56,491 nt of DNA from a virus (Duplodnaviria; Caudoviricetes), in the IMG/VR virus record IMGVR_UViG_3300048834_000448, positions 1 through 56,491 of that record; one strand, written 5' to 3'. The position numbers and the translations under genes are program-made. The notes beneath the pieces were generated by a model. The model saw only the letters and a list, made by a program, of their open reading frames with translations, searched no databases and was not told the origin of the DNA. The first letter of the stretch is position 1. The number at the start of each line of letters is the position of its first letter. Below are positions 54,589-56,491 of the stretch, in pieces.

Positions 54589-56491
54589 ATGGAAGACACC
54601 CTCAAGATCCTCGGCTTTGACTTCGAGACCCTGCTGATCGGCCCGCAGCGGATCGCCCCGCCAGCGGTCTGTCTCTCGGCCTACGACGGCGAGGATTCTG
54701 TGCTGTACGGTCGCGTGGAACTAGACGACATGCACGCCCTGCTCGATGTCATCTTCGACTACGAGGACGGAGGCACGATCAGGGCCGCCCACAACCTCTC
54801 CTTCGACGCGGCGGTGGCCTGCACCGAGAGGCCCGACCTGATTCCCGCCATCTGGGATCTCCTCGACCGGGGCCTGCTGCAATGCACTCAGGTCCGCGAG
54901 AAATTGCTGAACCTCTGCGAGGGCGGGCATGTCGATTACATCGAGGGCAAGGACGGCGTGAATGTCAAGGTCAAATACTCCTTGGCCTCTCTCGTCATGC
55001 AATACTTCGACAAAGATATCTCCGTCTCGAAGACCGGCGACGACGCATGGCGTCTGAACTACGGGATGCTCTGGGACACGCCCGTGGGCGAGTATCCCGA
55101 CGCCGCCAGCGAGTACGCCATCGAGGACTCGATCTGGGCCGTCAGGGTGTGGCACGCGCAAGAGCGTCGCCGCCATGATGTGCTCGCGGCCTGTGGCCGA
55201 GACCCGTTCAAGACGCTTGCCTTCCAGACGAAGGCCGCGTTCGCCCTCCACATGATGACCTGCTGGGGCATGGCCATCGACCCCGAGGCCAAGGCCAAGA
55301 TCGAAGCGACCGTCAAGGACTGCCTGCGCCCCGAGAATCTGAGGCACCTTCTCGATGAGGGAATTCTGATTCCCGAGGTGCCCGAGATGCCTTACAAGAA
55401 CGGGGCCAAGGACGCCGACGGCAATCCGAAGATGAAAGCGGCTGTGCCTGAGAAGATCGCCCAGAGCAAGTTTCGCGAGTTCGTAAAGAAGGTCGTCGAG
55501 GACGCCGGGCAGGAGGTCAAGATGACCTCGCCCTCGTCGAGGTTCCCTGACGGTCAGGTGAGCATCGCGGCGGAGTACATCGAAGAGATCTCCTCGCTCC
55601 ATCCGCTGTTGCAGGAGTACGCCGATCGTCAGTCGTTGCAGAAGATCGTCGGCACCGAACTGCCTCGCATGTGCTGGGAGGGTGAGACCGCCGCTGTGGT
55701 GCATCCCTGCTACGATGTGCTGAAGAATACGGGGCGGACCTCATCGTTCGCGGTGGACATGTACCCGTCCTTCAACTGCCAGAATGTGGCGAGGCCCCTC
55801 AAGGCCCCCAACGGCGAGATGATTTCGGTGCGAGGGTGCTTCGTGCCTCGTCCGGGCAACCTGCTCGTCTCCATCGACTACGCGGGCATGGAACTCGGTA
55901 CGCTGGGTCAGGTCTGCCTGAACTTGCTGGGCCGCTCGGTCCACGCCGAGAAGATCAATGCTGGCTACGACCTTCACTCGTTCCTCGCGGCTCAGATCGC
56001 CCGTAAGACCGACGACTCGTTCGGCCAGAAGGCGTCGTCGGACAAGGACGAGGCATACCAGCAGTTCATGGCCCTTCGCAAGGGCTCCGAGGAAGAGCAG
56101 AAGTGGGCCAAGCACTTCCGCAACCTCTCGAAGCCCACAGGACTGGGCTACCCTGGCGGCCTCGGCGCAGAGACCTTCGTGGCGTATGCCAAGGCCACCT
56201 ACGGCGTTCTCATCGACCTCGCCACGGCCAAGATGCTGAAGGAGATTTGGCTTGAGACTTACGATGAGATGCCCGACTACTTCAAGTACATCAACTCCCA
56301 ACTCATAGACCCCCGCAACACCGACAAGTACCACTACGACACGCCGATGGGCCTGTACCGCCCGAACGCCGACTACTGCGCCGTCGCCAACGGGCTAGGG
56401 CTTCAGTCCCCGTCGGCGGAAGGGGCAAAGGGCGGGGTCATCAATGTCGTCAGAGAGACACTGGACTTTTCTCTGGGGAGCATCTTGCTTC
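54589..56491 (+). CDS. polA: Family A DNA polymerase with 3'-5' exonuclease (about 718 aa across the junction)
   Basis: FDFET ExoI, HNLSFD, YAIED, TGRTSS, motif A DYAGMEL, motif B RNLSKPTGLGYPGG; absent from the ORF track because it runs off the end. Confidence 0.93.
   Translation, partial: MEDTLKILGFDFETLLIGPQRIAPPAVCLSAYDGEDSVLYGRVELDDMHALLDVIFDYEDGGTIRAAHNLSFDAAVACTERPDLIPAIWDLLDRGLLQCTQVREKLLNLCEGGHVDYIEGKDGVNVKVKYSLASLVMQYFDKDISVSKTGDDAWRLNYGMLWDTPVGEYPDAASEYAIEDSIWAVRVWHAQERRRHDVLAACGRDPFKTLAFQTKAAFALHMMTCWGMAIDPEAKAKIEATVKDCLRPENLRHLLDEGILIPEVPEMPYKNGAKDADGNPKMKAAVPEKIAQSKFREFVKKVVEDAGQEVKMTSPSSRFPDGQVSIAAEYIEEISSLHPLLQEYADRQSLQKIVGTELPRMCWEGETAAVVHPCYDVLKNTGRTSSFAVDMYPSFNCQNVARPLKAPNGEMISVRGCFVPRPGNLLVSIDYAGMELGTLGQVCLNLLGRSVHAEKINAGYDLHSFLAAQIARKTDDSFGQKASSDKDEAYQQFMALRKGSEEEQKWAKHFRNLSKPTGLGYPGGLGAETFVAYAKATYGVLIDLATAKMLKEIWLETYDEMPDYFKYINSQLIDPRNTDKYHYDTPMGLYRPNADYCAVANGLGLQSPSAEGAKGGVINVVRETLDFSLGSILL

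Overview
This looks like the complete circular assembly of a high-GC tailed dsDNA phage. Bases 1-127 are identical to 56365-56491, which gives a 56,364-bp circle, and the family-A DNA polymerase reads through the junction. Modules: (i) replication and nucleotide genes on + (about 43-56.5 kb wrapping to 4.4 kb): ATP-dependent ligase, primase-helicase, ThyX, PD-(D/E)XK nuclease, SF2 helicase, tRNA-Arg(UCU) plus a tRNA-like element, PolA, RuvC-like resolvase, DNA MTase, MazG-like protein and NMP kinase; (ii) head and long non-contractile tail genes on + (8.1-27.3 kb) with a GTA-like tail tip, flanked by minus-strand portal and terminase/lysis-like genes; (iii) an AT-rich, repeat-rich non-coding segment (34.5-35.6 kb) followed by an early-type array of short ORFs framed by two families of repeated leader/promoter modules. 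I saw no integrase, repressor or CRISPR array. Highlights: a textbook type I hammerhead ribozyme directly behind a small promoter-proximal ORF, followed by a structured RNA and a PEP-CTERM-like peptide; a cassette-like gene array whose repeats include start and stop codons; and near-absence of AGCT and ACGT, which even alters the tRNA D-stem. All protein calls come from motif recognition by eye, with no database searches.
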